64,000 nt of DNA, taken from NCBI GenBank assembly GCA_036306585.1, contig JAXJZF010000007.1, positions 55,990-119,989 of the forward strand, written 5' to 3'. The position numbers and the translations under genes are program-made. This DNA comes from Eggerthellaceae bacterium. Lineage in GTDB: Bacteria; Actinomycetota; Coriobacteriia; Coriobacteriales; Eggerthellaceae. Shown here piece after piece: positions 42,796-54,513 of this stretch (the first letter of the stretch is position 1; each line of letters begins with the position of its first letter). Below the pieces are notes generated by a model. It made no database searches. It saw nothing but the letters and a program-made list of their open reading frames with translations, and was not told the DNA's origin.

Positions 42796-44004
42796 ATGGC
42801 CAATTGTCTTGTCGCCCAATCCGGCGGCCCCACCGCCGTCATCAACGCCAGCCTCGCCGGCGTCATCCGCGCCAACCAGCTCAACCCCGTGTACGAGCAC
42901 GTGTACGGCGGGCTCCACGGCATCGAGGGAGTGCTCGACGACAAGCTCTACGACCTCACCGACCTGCCAGGCCGCGAGATCGAGATCCTCAAGCAAACCC
43001 CCTCCAGCGCCCTGGGCACCTGCCGCTACAAGCTGAAGCGCGGCAACGATGCCGACTTCAAGCGCCTAGTGGAGGTGATGGAAAAGCACGGCATCGAGGT
43101 GCTGTTCTACATCGGAGGCAACGACTCGATGGACACCGTCGATGCGCTTTCCGAATGGGCGCAGGCGCACGGCATGCCGCAACGCTTCGTGGGCATCCCC
43201 AAGACAGTCGACAACGACCTGGTACCCGTGGACCACTGCCCCGGGTTCCCCAGCGCAGCGAAGATCGCCAACCAGATCGTGCATGCCACCTACCTGGACT
43301 ACGCCGCCTACACGCGCCCCGAGGTGTTCATCGTGGAAACCATGGGCCGCGACGCCGGTTGGCTGGCGGCAAGCTGCTGCGTGACCGGCGACGTCGACTT
43401 GGTGGTGCTGCCCGAAGTCGACTTCGACAAAGAGTCCTTCCTGACGGAGGTGAAGAAGAAGTTCGACGAGAAGGGCGAGTGCTACATCGTGGTGTCCGAG
43501 GGCGCGCATTACGCCGACGGCACCTACCTGTCCGCCGGCGACACCGCCAACGACGGCTTCGCGCACGCGGTGCTGGGCGGCGCAGGCCTGCAGCTGAAAC
43601 AGATGATCATCGATGCGGGCATCGTGCCCCGCGGCGTGGTGCAGGACCTCTCGCGCGCGGCGCGCTCCAGCAATTTCGCGCAAAGCCTCACCGATGTGAC
43701 CGAGGCCTACGAGCTGGGCATGAGCGCGCATATGCGTAGCGCCGACCCCTCCTTCACCGCGCAGGTGGTGGGCATCGAGCGCGAAACCGACGCCGACGGC
43801 AGCTACTGCGCGCGCTACTTCGCCAAGCCGGCGGCGGAGTTCGCCAACTTCGTGAAGCACTTCCCCGCCGAGTGGATCCTACCCGATTACCAGGGCATCG
43901 CGCAGGAAGCCGTCGACTACTTCAAGCCGCTGATGGAAGGCGAACCCAAACTGGTGATGGACGGCGCCGTGCCGGCGACCATCGTCCCGTTCAACAAACG
44001 CTAG
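42796..44004 (+). CDS. 6-phosphofructokinase family enzyme with a PPi-type sequence signature (Pfp-like)
   Basis: LVAQSGGPTAVINA, IGGNDS, IPKTVDNDL, VETMGRDAGWLA. AAGGAGC RBS before the ATG at 42796. Confidence 0.85.
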   Translation: MANCLVAQSGGPTAVINASLAGVIRANQLNPVYEHVYGGLHGIEGVLDDKLYDLTDLPGREIEILKQTPSSALGTCRYKLKRGNDADFKRLVEVMEKHGIEVLFYIGGNDSMDTVDALSEWAQAHGMPQRFVGIPKTVDNDLVPVDHCPGFPSAAKIANQIVHATYLDYAAYTRPEVFIVETMGRDAGWLAASCCVTGDVDLVVLPEVDFDKESFLTEVKKKFDEKGECYIVVSEGAHYADGTYLSAGDTANDGFAHAVLGGAGLQLKQMIIDAGIVPRGVVQDLSRAARSSNFAQSLTDVTEAYELGMSAHMRSADPSFTAQVVGIERETDADGSYCARYFAKPAAEFANFVKHFPAEWILPDYQGIAQEAVDYFKPLMEGEPKLVMDGAVPATIVPFNKR

Positions 44005-44103
44005 CCGAAACGCCACCGCCGCATGACGAAAGGGCCGCCCGCGGGCGGCCCTTTCGTCATGCGCACAGCGCCCTGCCGATGCGGAGCTCGCCGACAAACC
44101 CCG

Positions 44104-45027
44104 CTAATCCCGCTTCTTCGGAAGCCTCACCTGCGACATCGCCAGGCCGCAGATGGTCAGCACCGCCCCCACCACGATGGCGGCGGTGAGCGGCTCTCCG
44201 AGAACCGCCACCGAAACGGCGATGGTGATGACGGGCACCAAGTACTGGTAGGTCATGGTGACGACCGGGCCCAAACGGCGCAGCGCGGCATTCCACATGG
44301 CATAGCAGGCGGCGCTTGCGCCCAACCCCAGAAACAGCAGGTTCACCAGCGGCGCCGGTTGCACGACGAATGCCCAATCGGGGCTGAACCCCGTGACCGC
44401 CAGGCAGGGAATCATGCCCACCAGGCCCCAGAAGAAGAAGCGGCGCGTCATGGTGATGGAGTCGTGACCGCCCAACGACACGCGCTGCGACAGGAGGGAG
44501 TAGATGGCGCACACGACGGCGTTCATAGCCGCCAGCGCGCAGCCGGTAAGGCCCATCCACACGGCGGCCTCGCCCGTTTCCTGCGAGAGCACGGCCGCTT
44601 CTCCCGAGAAACTGATAAGCGCGATGCCCGCAATGGCGAGGACGAAGCCTACGAAGAAACGCGCACCCAGCGGGCCCTTCTTCAGCACATACGCGCTGAT
44701 GAGCCCGGTGAACAGGGGGGATGTTGCCACGATGACGCTCACGTTCGATGCGGTGGTCATTGTGAGCGCGGTGTTCTCCAACATGAACGACACCGTGACC
44801 CCGCACAGGCCCGCCGCGGCGAACAGCGCCTCCTCGCGCCAGCCCGACGTGCGCAGCAGCTTGGGACGGATAGCCCACAGGGCCACGTAGCCTATGAAGA
44901 AGCGTAAAACCAGTATCTCAGCAGGGGAAAGCTCGACGAGCAGCACCTTGGTGGACACGAACGTGATGCCCCACAGAAGAACCGTTCCCATTGCCAGCAT
45001 ATGGCCGCTCGATGCCGTTCGCGCCAT
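44104..45027 (-). CDS. DMT (EamA-type) family transporter
   Basis: 10 hydrophobic segments forming two EamA-like halves (LWGITFVSTKVLL...). Confidence 0.8.
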   Translation of the reverse strand: MARTASSGHMLAMGTVLLWGITFVSTKVLLVELSPAEILVLRFFIGYVALWAIRPKLLRTSGWREEALFAAAGLCGVTVSFMLENTALTMTTASNVSVIVATSPLFTGLISAYVLKKGPLGARFFVGFVLAIAGIALISFSGEAAVLSQETGEAAVWMGLTGCALAAMNAVVCAIYSLLSQRVSLGGHDSITMTRRFFFWGLVGMIPCLAVTGFSPDWAFVVQPAPLVNLLFLGLGASAACYAMWNAALRRLGPVVTMTYQYLVPVITIAVSVAVLGEPLTAAIVVGAVLTICGLAMSQVRLPKKRD

Positions 45028-45268
45028 TCCTCCCCTTCCTCTACGCAAAATGCCTTGCGTATTGTAGCAGGTGGTGGAGTTTTTCCTGGCAACCATGCGC
45101 CACCGGCCCCGGATGAATGCGCGATCGCGATGCAGTATGCGACTCGCCGCGTTTCTAAGACGTGCTTTTCAACGCGCTCGCCGCCGGTGCCCCTAGCGCC
45201 TCCAGGCAGCGTGGCGGCATTTCCGCCGCAGCAGAACCGCTTTCAGGCGCCCGACGAAAACGCGCCTC

Positions 45269-46111
45269 CTAACGGCCAAGTGCCGAGAGTAGCGCATCGA
45301 TTTCCTTCTGCACACTGTGCTGGGAATTGTCGCCGATAACCCGGTTGGCGATCTGCTTGATTGCCGAGCGGGCGTTGCCCATGGCCACGCTCTCGCCCAC
45401 CATGCGCAGGATCTCGTAGTCGTTCATGGAGTCGCCGAACGCCATCACCTCGGATGCCACCACGCCGCGAGCCTCCATCACCTGGCGGATGCCAGTGGCC
45501 TTGTTCACGCCACGCTGCATCACGTCGATCCATTTATTGCCCGAAGGGGCGAACACGAAATCGTCGCCCAGCTCGCGCGTGAGGGCATACGCCATGTCCA
45601 TCACGCTCTCGTCGCAATACACTGACGCCTTCACAATGTTCACCTCAGGAGAAGGAACCTCCTGCATGCGCACGGGAAGCGGCAGGTTCTTGTCCACCTC
45701 GCGTTCGAACCTCGACTCATCGTCCATCAGGTAGCTACGCGCGTCATCGAACAGCGCCAAGTGCAGCGTGTCGAACAGGCGCACCGCGGCGTCCAACCTA
45801 CGCACCGCCGCGTGCGAGAACACCTCGATGTCGATGAGCTTCCCCGCCACCGCCACCTGAGCCCCGTTCGCCGCGACGAAATCGATGCGGTCCGCCACGG
45901 GAGCGAACAAGTCCTGCAGGGTGTCGAAACGACGCCCGGAGGCCGCGACGAAGCAGATGCCCGCATCGTGGAGACGGTCGATCAGCTCGAAAGTCTGCTC
46001 GGGAAGCTCGCCTTGAGGGTCGAGCATAGTCCCATCCATGTCGCTTGCCACCAGTTTGATGGCCAAGGGGCGGAGGGCCACCGCCCGCTGCACCTGCTCA
46101 CGCTGTTCCAT
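45269..46111 (-). CDS. Cof-type HAD-IIB family hydrolase
   Basis: KLVASDMDGTML (DxDGT), ...ASGRR..., ...FGDSMNDYEIL... Confidence 0.85.
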   Translation of the reverse strand: MEQREQVQRAVALRPLAIKLVASDMDGTMLDPQGELPEQTFELIDRLHDAGICFVAASGRRFDTLQDLFAPVADRIDFVAANGAQVAVAGKLIDIEVFSHAAVRRLDAAVRLFDTLHLALFDDARSYLMDDESRFEREVDKNLPLPVRMQEVPSPEVNIVKASVYCDESVMDMAYALTRELGDDFVFAPSGNKWIDVMQRGVNKATGIRQVMEARGVVASEVMAFGDSMNDYEILRMVGESVAMGNARSAIKQIANRVIGDNSQHSVQKEIDALLSALGR

Positions 46112-46345
46112 CTACATCCTTTCACTCTTACCGCAATCGCCGCCATTGTACGTTCCGCCTGCGGGGAAACGCGCGACGACACAATTGCATCACAGCGATT
46201 TTGCACGCTTCAGACATCGCCCGTGCCTGCCCTTTACAATCGGGCGCATGCTGCGGCGTGCCGCTATAATAGGGCGGTTGGGCCGCCCTGCCTTCCCCGG
46301 ATGGGGATCGTCTGCCGTGCAGGGCGCAAGGAAAGGCGAGGGTTC

Positions 46346-48148
<1,803 letters not shown>

Positions 48149-48208
48149 CGGCGGTAGGCTAGCTTCCCGAAGCCGCAACCCGCAGCACCGCTCTGACGGC
48201 GTGCGCGC

Positions 48209-49576
48209 TTAGCGCACCTTCCACACCGCGCCCACCAGCACGCACAGCGCCAGCACCGCGGAAAACCCGAACGCCACCTGGTAGCCCAACGCCACCGGCG
48301 CGCCGACGGCGCTTACCCCCAACGCCGAGATGGCGAACACCATGAGCGCGGTGCCGAACGACGCGCATGCCTGGCGGATGCAGGCGAAGAACGCACTGCC
48401 GTCCATCATGATCTGCGGCGGCAGCTGGGACATGCCCCACGAGTTAAGGGGCCCGATGAGCGAGCTCACGCCTATGCCGCGCACCGTCTGCATGATGGTG
48501 AGGAGCCACAGCGGCGTGCTCGCATCCGCGAACGCCATGGAAACGGCCCCTGCGAACAGCAAGCAGCCCGCCGCGATGGTCACCGGACGGGGCCCTATCT
48601 TATCTGCGAGGATGCCCGCCAGCGGATTGAACACGATGGCCAAGATGGTGGCGGGGATGAACACCAAGCCCGCTTCCAGCGCGGTACCGCCGCACAGCCC
48701 CTGCACGTACAGCGGAACGATGAGCGTGATGCCCATAAACGACCCGAATAGACAGTTCTGGATGACGAAGCTTGCGCGGAATCGCGCCGACTGGAAGATG
48801 CGCATGTTGATGAGCGGATGCTCCACGCAATTCTGGCGCAGCACGAATGCCACCAAGAACACAGCTCCCACCAGGGCGGGCGCCCACACCGCAGGGCTTG
48901 CCAAGCTCATGCTCGACGCGTTGGAAAAACTCAACAGCAGCCCGCCCAAGCCGCAAGTGGAAAGCAGGAACGAAGGCACATCCAGCGATGCATCGCGCTC
49001 GGGCGTGCCCTCGAATTCCACCAGAAGGATCGAAAGCACGAACAGCACAGCCAGCGCTACCATCAGGATGAGGAAGAAGCTGCGCCACCCCAGGGAATCA
49101 ACCAGCGCGCCGCCGATGGTGGGGCCGATGTTGGGCGCGAAGCCCATGGCTATGCCCGCGATGCCCATGGCGGTGCCGTTCTGTCCTTTCGGGAAGCGCA
49201 TCATGGCGATAGACTGCACCAGCGGTAACGTGATACCCGCCGCGAACGCCTGCATCACGCGCGCAATCACCAGCATGGGAAAATTCGGCGCTACATAGGC
49301 GACAAGCGAACCGGCAAAGAACACGCCCAGCACCAAGAACAGCAGGCTGCGCGTAGACATTTTCAGGGAGAGAAACGTGACCAGCGGCACCGTGATGCCC
49401 AACACCAGCATGTACACTGTGGTGAGCCATTGCCCGAGCGCGGCATCCACCCCCAGATCCGCCTCGACGCCGCCGAGCATCGCATTCATGACGGTCTGCG
49501 TGAGCGAACCGAATGCGCACACCAGCACGACGATGGCGAACAGGGCGTACACCTGCCCACGTTCCGATTTGATCAT
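48209..49576 (-). CDS. MFS transporter, DHA2 (EmrB/QacA, 14-TMS) type
   Basis: About 14 hydrophobic segments, ...LGWRSFFLI..., ...GILADKIGPRP... Start at MIKSERG, after the pth stop. Confidence 0.85.
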   Translation of the reverse strand: MIKSERGQVYALFAIVVLVCAFGSLTQTVMNAMLGGVEADLGVDAALGQWLTTVYMLVLGITVPLVTFLSLKMSTRSLLFLVLGVFFAGSLVAYVAPNFPMLVIARVMQAFAAGITLPLVQSIAMMRFPKGQNGTAMGIAGIAMGFAPNIGPTIGGALVDSLGWRSFFLILMVALAVLFVLSILLVEFEGTPERDASLDVPSFLLSTCGLGGLLLSFSNASSMSLASPAVWAPALVGAVFLVAFVLRQNCVEHPLINMRIFQSARFRASFVIQNCLFGSFMGITLIVPLYVQGLCGGTALEAGLVFIPATILAIVFNPLAGILADKIGPRPVTIAAGCLLFAGAVSMAFADASTPLWLLTIMQTVRGIGVSSLIGPLNSWGMSQLPPQIMMDGSAFFACIRQACASFGTALMVFAISALGVSAVGAPVALGYQVAFGFSAVLALCVLVGAVWKVR

Positions 49577-49602
49577 GCTCGCCACGGCACCCTCCGTTCC
49601 GC

Positions 49603-50160
49603 CTAATTGAACTTCTGCTGCGTTTTCTCGAGCCCATGCTCGATGAGGTACAGCGTTGCCCGGCATGCCAAGTCGCAAGCATGCTCGAATTCCTCCGCTG
49701 CCTCCTTCTTGGGCAGTGAGAGCACGTAGTCGGCGACATTCATGCGCCCCGGCGGGCGCCCGATGCCGCAACGCACGCGGAACCAATCGCGCGTTCCCAG
49801 CTTGTCGCAGATGGAGCGCAGCCCATTGTGCCCGGCATGCCCGCCGCCAAACTTCACGCGGATGGTGCCGGGAGCGATGTCCAGCTCGTCATGGATGACG
49901 ATCAGGTGGTCGGGGCTCGCGCCGTAGGCGTTGCACAGCTGCTTCACCGGGCCTCCGGACGTGTTCATATAGCTTTGCGGCTTGGCAAGCACCACGTCGA
50001 TATCATGGTAGGCCCCCTTGGCGGTAAGCGCGCCGCACTCGGTTTTCCAGTAGCGCGCGCCCACCTCCCCGCCGATGAGATCCACCGTGTCGAACCCGGC
50101 GTTGTGCCGCGTGTGCGCGTACTCCTCGCCCGGATTCCCCAGGCCCACTATCAGATACAT
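49603..50160 (-). CDS. pth: Peptidyl-tRNA hydrolase
   Basis: MYLIVGLGNPGEEYAHTRHNAGF...GGHAGHNGLRS. Confidence 0.95.
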   Translation of the reverse strand: MYLIVGLGNPGEEYAHTRHNAGFDTVDLIGGEVGARYWKTECGALTAKGAYHDIDVVLAKPQSYMNTSGGPVKQLCNAYGASPDHLIVIHDELDIAPGTIRVKFGGGHAGHNGLRSICDKLGTRDWFRVRCGIGRPPGRMNVADYVLSLPKKEAAEEFEHACDLACRATLYLIEHGLEKTQQKFN

Positions 50161-50222
50161 GCCCCTCCTCTAGCAAAAAGCCCTTCCGCAAGACGCAGAA
50201 GGGCGCGAATTCCAGACTACCC

Positions 50223-51185
50223 CTACTCGAACAGGGAAGCAACCGATCCGTTCGCGTAGACGTTCTGGATGGTCTGGGCGAACAGAGGTCCCAACGACAT
50301 CACCTTGATCTTGCCCGTTTGGCGCTCGAGCGGCACCGGGACGGCGTTGGTGACCAGCACCTGCTCGATGCAGGAATTCTCGATGCGGTCGTAAGCGGGG
50401 CCGCTGAACAGGCCGTGCGTGGCGCAGGCGAGCACCTTGGCAGCGCCCTTCGCCTTCAGCGTGCTTGCAGCTGCCACCAGCGAACCGGCGGTGTCGATCA
50501 TGTCGTCGTTGAGGATGCAGATCTTGCCGGTGACGTCGCCAATCAGCGCGGTGATCTCTGCTTGGTTATGCTTCGGACGATCCTTGTGCATGATGGCGAT
50601 ATCGCAATCGAGCATGGTGGAGAACTTCTTGGCGGCCTTGGCGCGTCCCACGTCAGGAGACACGACAACCACGTCGTCAGGGTCTAGACCCATGCTCTTG
50701 TAGTAATCCACGAAGATACCCATGGCAGTCATATGGTTCACCGGAATGTTGAAGAAGCCCTGGATGGCATCCTGGTGCAGGTCGATGGTGATGACGTTAT
50801 CCACACCAGCCGCTTCCAGAAGGTCAGCCACCAGCTTGGCGGTGATGGGCTCGCGCGGAGCGGCCTTGCGATCCTGGCGCGCGTAGCCGTAATGCGCGAT
50901 GACAGCGGACACGTTGTGGGCGGAAGCGCGCTTTGCGGCATCCGCCATGATGAGCAACTCCATGAGGGCGTCGTTGACGTCCATGCCCGAGCCGCAGCAC
51001 ACGGACTGGATAAGGAACACTTCCTTGCCGCGAACGCTTTCCTGATAGCGCGCGTAGATCTCGCCGTTGGCGAACTTCTCCAGCTTCACGTTACCCAGCG
51101 GCACGCCAAGCTCCTTGGAAATGTCATCGGCCAGCCCGGGGTTCACCGAACCGGAGAACAGGGCGATGCTTCTCTCTTCCGCCAT
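50223..51185 (-). CDS. prs: Ribose-phosphate pyrophosphokinase
   Basis: ALFSGSVNPGLADDI...FANGEIY...HYGYARQDRK...DLHQDAIQGFF...DDMIDTAGS. Confidence 0.95.
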   Translation of the reverse strand: MAEERSIALFSGSVNPGLADDISKELGVPLGNVKLEKFANGEIYARYQESVRGKEVFLIQSVCCGSGMDVNDALMELLIMADAAKRASAHNVSAVIAHYGYARQDRKAAPREPITAKLVADLLEAAGVDNVITIDLHQDAIQGFFNIPVNHMTAMGIFVDYYKSMGLDPDDVVVVSPDVGRAKAAKKFSTMLDCDIAIMHKDRPKHNQAEITALIGDVTGKICILNDDMIDTAGSLVAAASTLKAKGAAKVLACATHGLFSGPAYDRIENSCIEQVLVTNAVPVPLERQTGKIKVMSLGPLFAQTIQNVYANGSVASLFE

Positions 51186-51218
51186 AATGCGCGCTCCTTC
51201 GTTTCGCGAAATGATAAA

Positions 51219-51248
51219 GGCCTGCACTCGTGCTTGCGAATGCAGGCC
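51219..51248 (-). promoter_or_regulatory. Hairpin GGCCTGCA-N14-TGCAGGCC + TTTATCATTT between glmU and prs (terminator/attenuator-like)
   Basis: The minus-strand order is glmU stop - TACAAT (51256-51251) - hairpin - U-rich tract - GAAGGAG RBS - prs ATG. Confidence 0.4.
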
Positions 51249-51312
51249 CTATTGTAGCGGGATTTCAGTCCGACATGCGCAAAGCATGCCAGATCCCCAT
51301 GTTCTACCGCGT

Positions 51313-52704
51313 TTACTTTTTCCTGCTGAACAGGCCCAAGCGGGCGCGCTTCTTCTCTGCCCAGCCTTCCACCTCGGTCTGCTCAGCGCGCGCGATGCCC
51401 AGCGCATCCGCCTGCACGTCCTCGGTAATGACCGACCCGGCGCCCACGATGGCGCCCGCGCCGATGCTGACCGGCGCCACCATCATGGTGCTGCTGCCGA
51501 TGAACGCCCCATCGCCGATGACGGTGGAATGCTTCCTCGCGCCGTCGTAGTTGCAAGTGATGGAACCGGCGCCGATATTCACGCCCTCGCCGATGAGCGC
51601 ATCGCCGATGTAGCTGAGGTGCGGGACCTTGGAGCCCCTGCCGATGGTGGATTTCTTGATCTCCACGTGCGTACCCGCCTTGGCCCCTTCGCACAGATGA
51701 GCGCCGGGTCGCAGGTAGGCGCGTGGACCGCAGGTGGCGCCGTCATCGATGGCCGACTCGTAGGCGATGGTCTCGTCGACGGTGCATCCGCGCCCCACCG
51801 CGGTGTCGACAAGGCGGGTGTTCGGCCCGACCACGCTGCCCTCGCCAACGCTGGTCTTTCCGTACAGGAAGGTAAGGGGCAGAAGTTCGACATCGCGGGC
51901 GACCTTGGCGTCGGGGCCGACCCACACCATGTCGGGATCGGTCATGGTGACGCCTTCGTCCATAAGGCGCTGATTGATGCGATGCTGCAACTGCTTAGTG
52001 GCCTGTGCCAACTGGCTGCGAGAGTTCACGCCCAGGCACTCTGCCGGATCGTCGGCGGGAAGCGCCAGCACCGAGCGGCCCGCCTCACGGCAGATGTACA
52101 GCACGTCGGTGAGGTAGAACTCGCCTTGGGCGTTGTCGTTGCTCACCTTCAGGAGGGCGTCGAACAGCGCCTTGCCGTCGAAGCAGTAAAACCCGGAATT
52201 GCATTCGGTAATGGCAGCCTCCGCCTCGTTGGCGTCCTTCTGCTCGACGATGCGCTCGACCTCGCCCGCACCGTCGCGCACGATGCGCCCGTAACCGGTG
52301 GGGTCGTCGAGGTTCATGGTGAGCACCACCACGGCAGCGCCGGAGCGCTCGCGCATGGAGACGAGCTTGCGAATGGTGGAAGCCGTGATGAGCGGGCAGT
52401 CACCGGACAGGACCACGACCGAACCGTCGAAGTCTCCCAGCTGCTCGCGGCAAGAGTTCACAGCGTCGGCAGTTCCGCGGCGCACATACTGCTCGGCGAT
52501 TTCCGTGTCGTCTTGCACCAGAGGGATCACCTGGTCGCGTTCGTGCCCGACCACGGTAACGATGCGCGTGAGGCCGGCCTCGCGGGCGGCGTCCACCACC
52601 CAGCGCACCATGGGCTTGCCCAAGACCTCGTGCGCCACCTTCGGCTTGCGGGACTTCATGCGGGTGCCGGCACCGGCAGCCAGAACAATTGCAGCAGACT
52701 CCAT
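51313..52704 (-). CDS. glmU: Bifunctional UDP-N-acetylglucosamine diphosphorylase / glucosamine-1-phosphate N-acetyltransferase
   Basis: VLAAGAGTRMKS..., with left-handed beta-helix hexapeptide repeats in the C-terminal half. Confidence 0.95.
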   Translation of the reverse strand: MESAAIVLAAGAGTRMKSRKPKVAHEVLGKPMVRWVVDAAREAGLTRIVTVVGHERDQVIPLVQDDTEIAEQYVRRGTADAVNSCREQLGDFDGSVVVLSGDCPLITASTIRKLVSMRERSGAAVVVLTMNLDDPTGYGRIVRDGAGEVERIVEQKDANEAEAAITECNSGFYCFDGKALFDALLKVSNDNAQGEFYLTDVLYICREAGRSVLALPADDPAECLGVNSRSQLAQATKQLQHRINQRLMDEGVTMTDPDMVWVGPDAKVARDVELLPLTFLYGKTSVGEGSVVGPNTRLVDTAVGRGCTVDETIAYESAIDDGATCGPRAYLRPGAHLCEGAKAGTHVEIKKSTIGRGSKVPHLSYIGDALIGEGVNIGAGSITCNYDGARKHSTVIGDGAFIGSSTMMVAPVSIGAGAIVGAGSVITEDVQADALGIARAEQTEVEGWAEKKRARLGLFSRKK

Positions 52705-52794
52705 GGGACCTCCCTATCGTCCGTCAACCTCGAAACCCGAAACGCAGCAACTGCGAAGGTTTTCTTGCAAAAGTATAGCGCACCGCCGAAAGCG

Positions 52795-54183
52795 CTAGCG
52801 TTCGGATGGCGCTCCTTCGGGAAAGCCGGCCCCCTCGCCACGCGGAGCGCGCCTCGCCTGCACGAAGAGAAACAGAAAGCCCGCCACCCCCGCGATGAGG
52901 GAAGCAAGCAGGATGCCCATCTTCGCGGTGGCGATGTGCGCTGGATCGGCGTAGGCGAGGTTGGCCACGAAAATTGCCATGGTGAATCCCACGCCGCCCA
53001 GGATGCCCGCACCCAGCATGTGCATCCACGTGACGCCCTGTGGCAACCGCGCCGCCTTCGTCTTCACCGTGAGGAAACTCATGAGCATGATGCCCGCCGG
53101 CTTGCCCAGCAGCAGACCCAGCAGCACGCCGTAGAGCACCGGGTCGGAGAAGATCGCCGCAGGGTCGACGTCGACGAAGCGCACGCCGGCATTAGTGAGG
53201 GCGAACAGCGGAAGCGCCGCGAAGTACACCCAAGGATGCAGGCGGTGTTCCAAGCGGATGGCCGGCGGCACCACCTGGCGCGACACGCGACTGAGAATTT
53301 TCACCGTCTTCAGATAGTCGCCCTGGCCAAGCAGAGGGGCGTCGGGCTCGAACGCTTCCCGCGCCTGGCGCACCTTCTCGCCCGACCAGTCCATGAAGCT
53401 ATGCAGGTTGACACGCGAGCCGGTAGGGATGGTGAAGGCCAGCAGCACGCCGGCGATGGTGGCGTGAACGCCCGACATCAGCACGCAGTACCACAGCACC
53501 GCACCCACCAGCAGGTAGGGGACGAGCGCGTACACATGCGCGCGGTTCATGGCGATAAGCACCGCAAGCACCACCGCCGCGGCAGCCAGCCACGCAAGGG
53601 AAGGCGCATGCCCATAGAACACGGCAATGACCAGGATGGCGATAATGTCGTCGGCGACAGCGAGGGTGCTCAGGAATACGCGGACCCCGCTCGGGACGCG
53701 ATCGCCCAGCAGGGCAAGGATGCCCAGGGCGAACGCGATGTCGGTCGCGGTGGGGACGCCCCAGCCGAACGCGGTTTCGGGATTGGCCGCGTTAAATGCC
53801 AGGTACACGCCGATGGGCGCTAGCACGCCTCCGACAGCGCCCATGATGGGCAGGATGGCCTGGCGGATGTTGGTGAGCTCGCCCACCGTCATCTCGTACT
53901 TGATCTCAAGGCCCACTAGCAGGAAGAACAGCGCCATGAACAGATCGTTGATTACATGCGCCACCGACATGCTCGCTGTGCCGCTGCCCAGGAACACGCC
54001 CACCTCCAAGTGGAGCGCTTCCTCGAAAGGCTCGAACGCCGCGGTGTTGGCGATGATCACTGCCGCGACGGCAGCCAACAGCATGACGAACGCCGCACGC
54101 GTGGTCGAATGGGTGAAGTCGATGAGCTTGCGATAGCGTTTCTGATGCCCCTGCACCTCATCGATGAACAGATTGTCGGTCAT
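52795..54183 (-). CDS. nhaA: Na+/H+ antiporter NhaA
   Basis: ...LFFLLVGLEIKYE...FGWGVPTATDIAFALG...LAVADDIIAILVIA... Confidence 0.9.
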   Translation of the reverse strand: MTDNLFIDEVQGHQKRYRKLIDFTHSTTRAAFVMLLAAVAAVIIANTAAFEPFEEALHLEVGVFLGSGTASMSVAHVINDLFMALFFLLVGLEIKYEMTVGELTNIRQAILPIMGAVGGVLAPIGVYLAFNAANPETAFGWGVPTATDIAFALGILALLGDRVPSGVRVFLSTLAVADDIIAILVIAVFYGHAPSLAWLAAAAVVLAVLIAMNRAHVYALVPYLLVGAVLWYCVLMSGVHATIAGVLLAFTIPTGSRVNLHSFMDWSGEKVRQAREAFEPDAPLLGQGDYLKTVKILSRVSRQVVPPAIRLEHRLHPWVYFAALPLFALTNAGVRFVDVDPAAIFSDPVLYGVLLGLLLGKPAGIMLMSFLTVKTKAARLPQGVTWMHMLGAGILGGVGFTMAIFVANLAYADPAHIATAKMGILLASLIAGVAGFLFLFVQARRAPRGEGAGFPEGAPSER

Positions 54184-54513
54184 ACGGCCGCCTAACATCG
54201 AAGGTTTCCACAGATCATAGCACGAGCGCTGCAAGGAGGCAGCGCGCACCCTGCCTCCAACGGCGCATGGACACACGCGGACGCGTGGCGTATTCCCCTA
54301 TTCACCTGCGGATACGTTTCTTGTTCCCCGTTGAGTAACATTGCAAAAACAACCCGCACAACAGGTGGTTTTGCGCTAGACTAAACATGCAGCAAGTTGA
54401 AAGGAGCCCGCCCCGATCGTGCCTGAAGAGCATACGCCCTCCCGCACGCGGCGGAGGGAAACGGCCCTTTCCACAGCTGCTTTTTTATTCGTTACGAGGT
54501 AAGAGGTGATCTC

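Noticed and set aside
45761-46345. N-terminal 195 codons of the 795-aa track ORF for the ABC-F gene. Similar 5' extensions occur on the ORFs at 9354, 23018, 36370, 42619, 59114..60022, 61362..61994 and 33095..34585.
   Set aside because: The extensions run antisense through neighbouring genes or spacers, are Arg/Cys/Trp-rich, and each has an internal start with a good RBS where the recognisable protein family begins.
46271-46345. Hairpins (AGGGCGG-ttgg-GCCGCCCT and CCCC-ggat-GGGG) in the ABC-F leader, as a possible ribosome-mediated attenuator of an antibiotic-resistance ABC-F.
   Set aside because: There is no leader peptide ORF with an RBS and no U-tract after the stems. The protein looks like a housekeeping Uup-type ABC-F with a C-terminal coiled coil rather than an ARE type.
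51067-53823. 918-aa plus-strand ORF spanning the prs/glmU/nhaA region.
   Set aside because: It is antisense to three genes with unmistakable motifs and is Arg/His/Ala/Gly-rich without any domain signature. The same reasoning rejects 30122..31966(+), 54376..55395(-), 56613..58406(+), 61934..63340(+), 7982..9361(+), 19320..20783(-), 20851..22317(-) and other long antisense ORFs in the track.
54387-54513. Two small upstream ORFs in the hpf leader (41 codons from ATG 54387; 27 codons from GTG 54419), plus a CCCTCC...GGAGGG stem and a T6 tract.
   Set aside because: Neither frame shows the strong GC3 bias of real genes here. RBS spacing is poor and the T-tract is not adjacent to a strong stem. The evidence is insufficient for a leader peptide or attenuator call.
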